Both the position numbers and the translations under genes were made by a program. A DNA stretch of 64,000 nucleotides from Ylistrum balloti (lineage: Eukaryota): positions 62,001-126,000 of the forward strand of contig NW_026782739.1 of NCBI RefSeq assembly GCF_031769215.1, given 5' to 3'. This document shows positions 63,392 to 64,000 of the stretch, piece after piece. The stretch's first letter is position 1; each line of letters starts with the position of its first letter. The notes under the pieces are model-generated. The model was not told the DNA's origin, ran no database searches, and worked only from the letters and a program-made list of their open reading frames with translations.

Positions 63392-64000
63392 TATAAAAAT
63401 GGTGACCGTATCGAAAATGTGAGCACAACTGTCTCAAATCAGAAGCCGTACAACATGACCATTAGTGGCATTGCTCTGGAACAAAAAACGACTTAAATTT
63501 CCAGGAATTTTACACGAGGATGCTTCAGAAAATTCCAAATGGAGGAAGAAAGCTTCTTCAGACCAAATTTAGAAAAGAAAAACTGATATGAAGGAGAAAA
63601 GATGATGACATGAGCTCACATGGCCTTTTGGGATAGGTAAACAAAAACTGGATACAATATCTATGTATTCTTCTCCTGTAAGTTTTATTGAGACAGGCAT
63701 GAATTAAGATTTTACTTATAATATTGTCCATACCCATTTTCAGCCCAATGGCAGCAGTAGTACAGAGAAGTTAAAAACACATTTTTGGAGGTGTTGCTAT
63801 GGTGACCATTTTTGATTTTGGTCCTACCAGAATGATGATTGAACATTACCATCTCAGGATCATTCAAGACCAGTTTGACCACAGAAATCCCATGGCAGGT
63901 GACACAAGACAACAGACAAGCATAGCATGAAGTACACAAATGTGGTAATGGTGATTGGCTAGGAAAGGATGTGTAAATCATGTGCTATCATAAATACGCC

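Noticed and set aside
61599-63496. Long Cys/His-rich repetitive ORFs (e.g. 592-aa VSHGQTCGCR, 417-aa DIHMSVHVIP) resembling metal-binding or structural proteins
   Set aside because: They arise from a stop-free 30-bp monomer: nearly all frames on both strands are open, indels shift frames mid-array, and there is no signal peptide or unique domain.

Overview
AT-rich, intron-containing animal genomic DNA, most likely a bivalve mollusc (inferred from V-domain SINEs, Helentron-type HINE elements and many minisatellites). Two complete genes sit head-to-head around a CpG-enriched promoter at ~50.3-51.1 kb. On the minus strand is a 22-coding-exon POLG (mitochondrial DNA polymerase gamma, ~1185 aa, 22789-48355, all exonuclease and polymerase motifs intact). 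On the plus strand is an 8-coding-exon JMY/WHAMM-family actin nucleation-promoting factor (~786 aa, 52720-58330). The left 22 kb holds a young 5'-truncated CR1-type LINE nested in an internally deleted Mutator (MULE) element, two MITEs, SINE, LINE and HINE remnants, a 34-bp satellite and a possible orphan first exon at 9.1 kb. The most notable observations are: a minisatellite made by ~17-fold amplification of a V-SINE core in a POLG intron; a JMY/WHAMM acidic tail ending in Phe instead of the canonical Trp; a 20-bp palindromic insertion with a 7-bp target-site duplication; a uORF-loaded POLG leader; and a 15-aa duplication in the POLG C-terminal tail. I found no evidence for a wholly new multi-gene system. 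All calls were made by eye without database searches.
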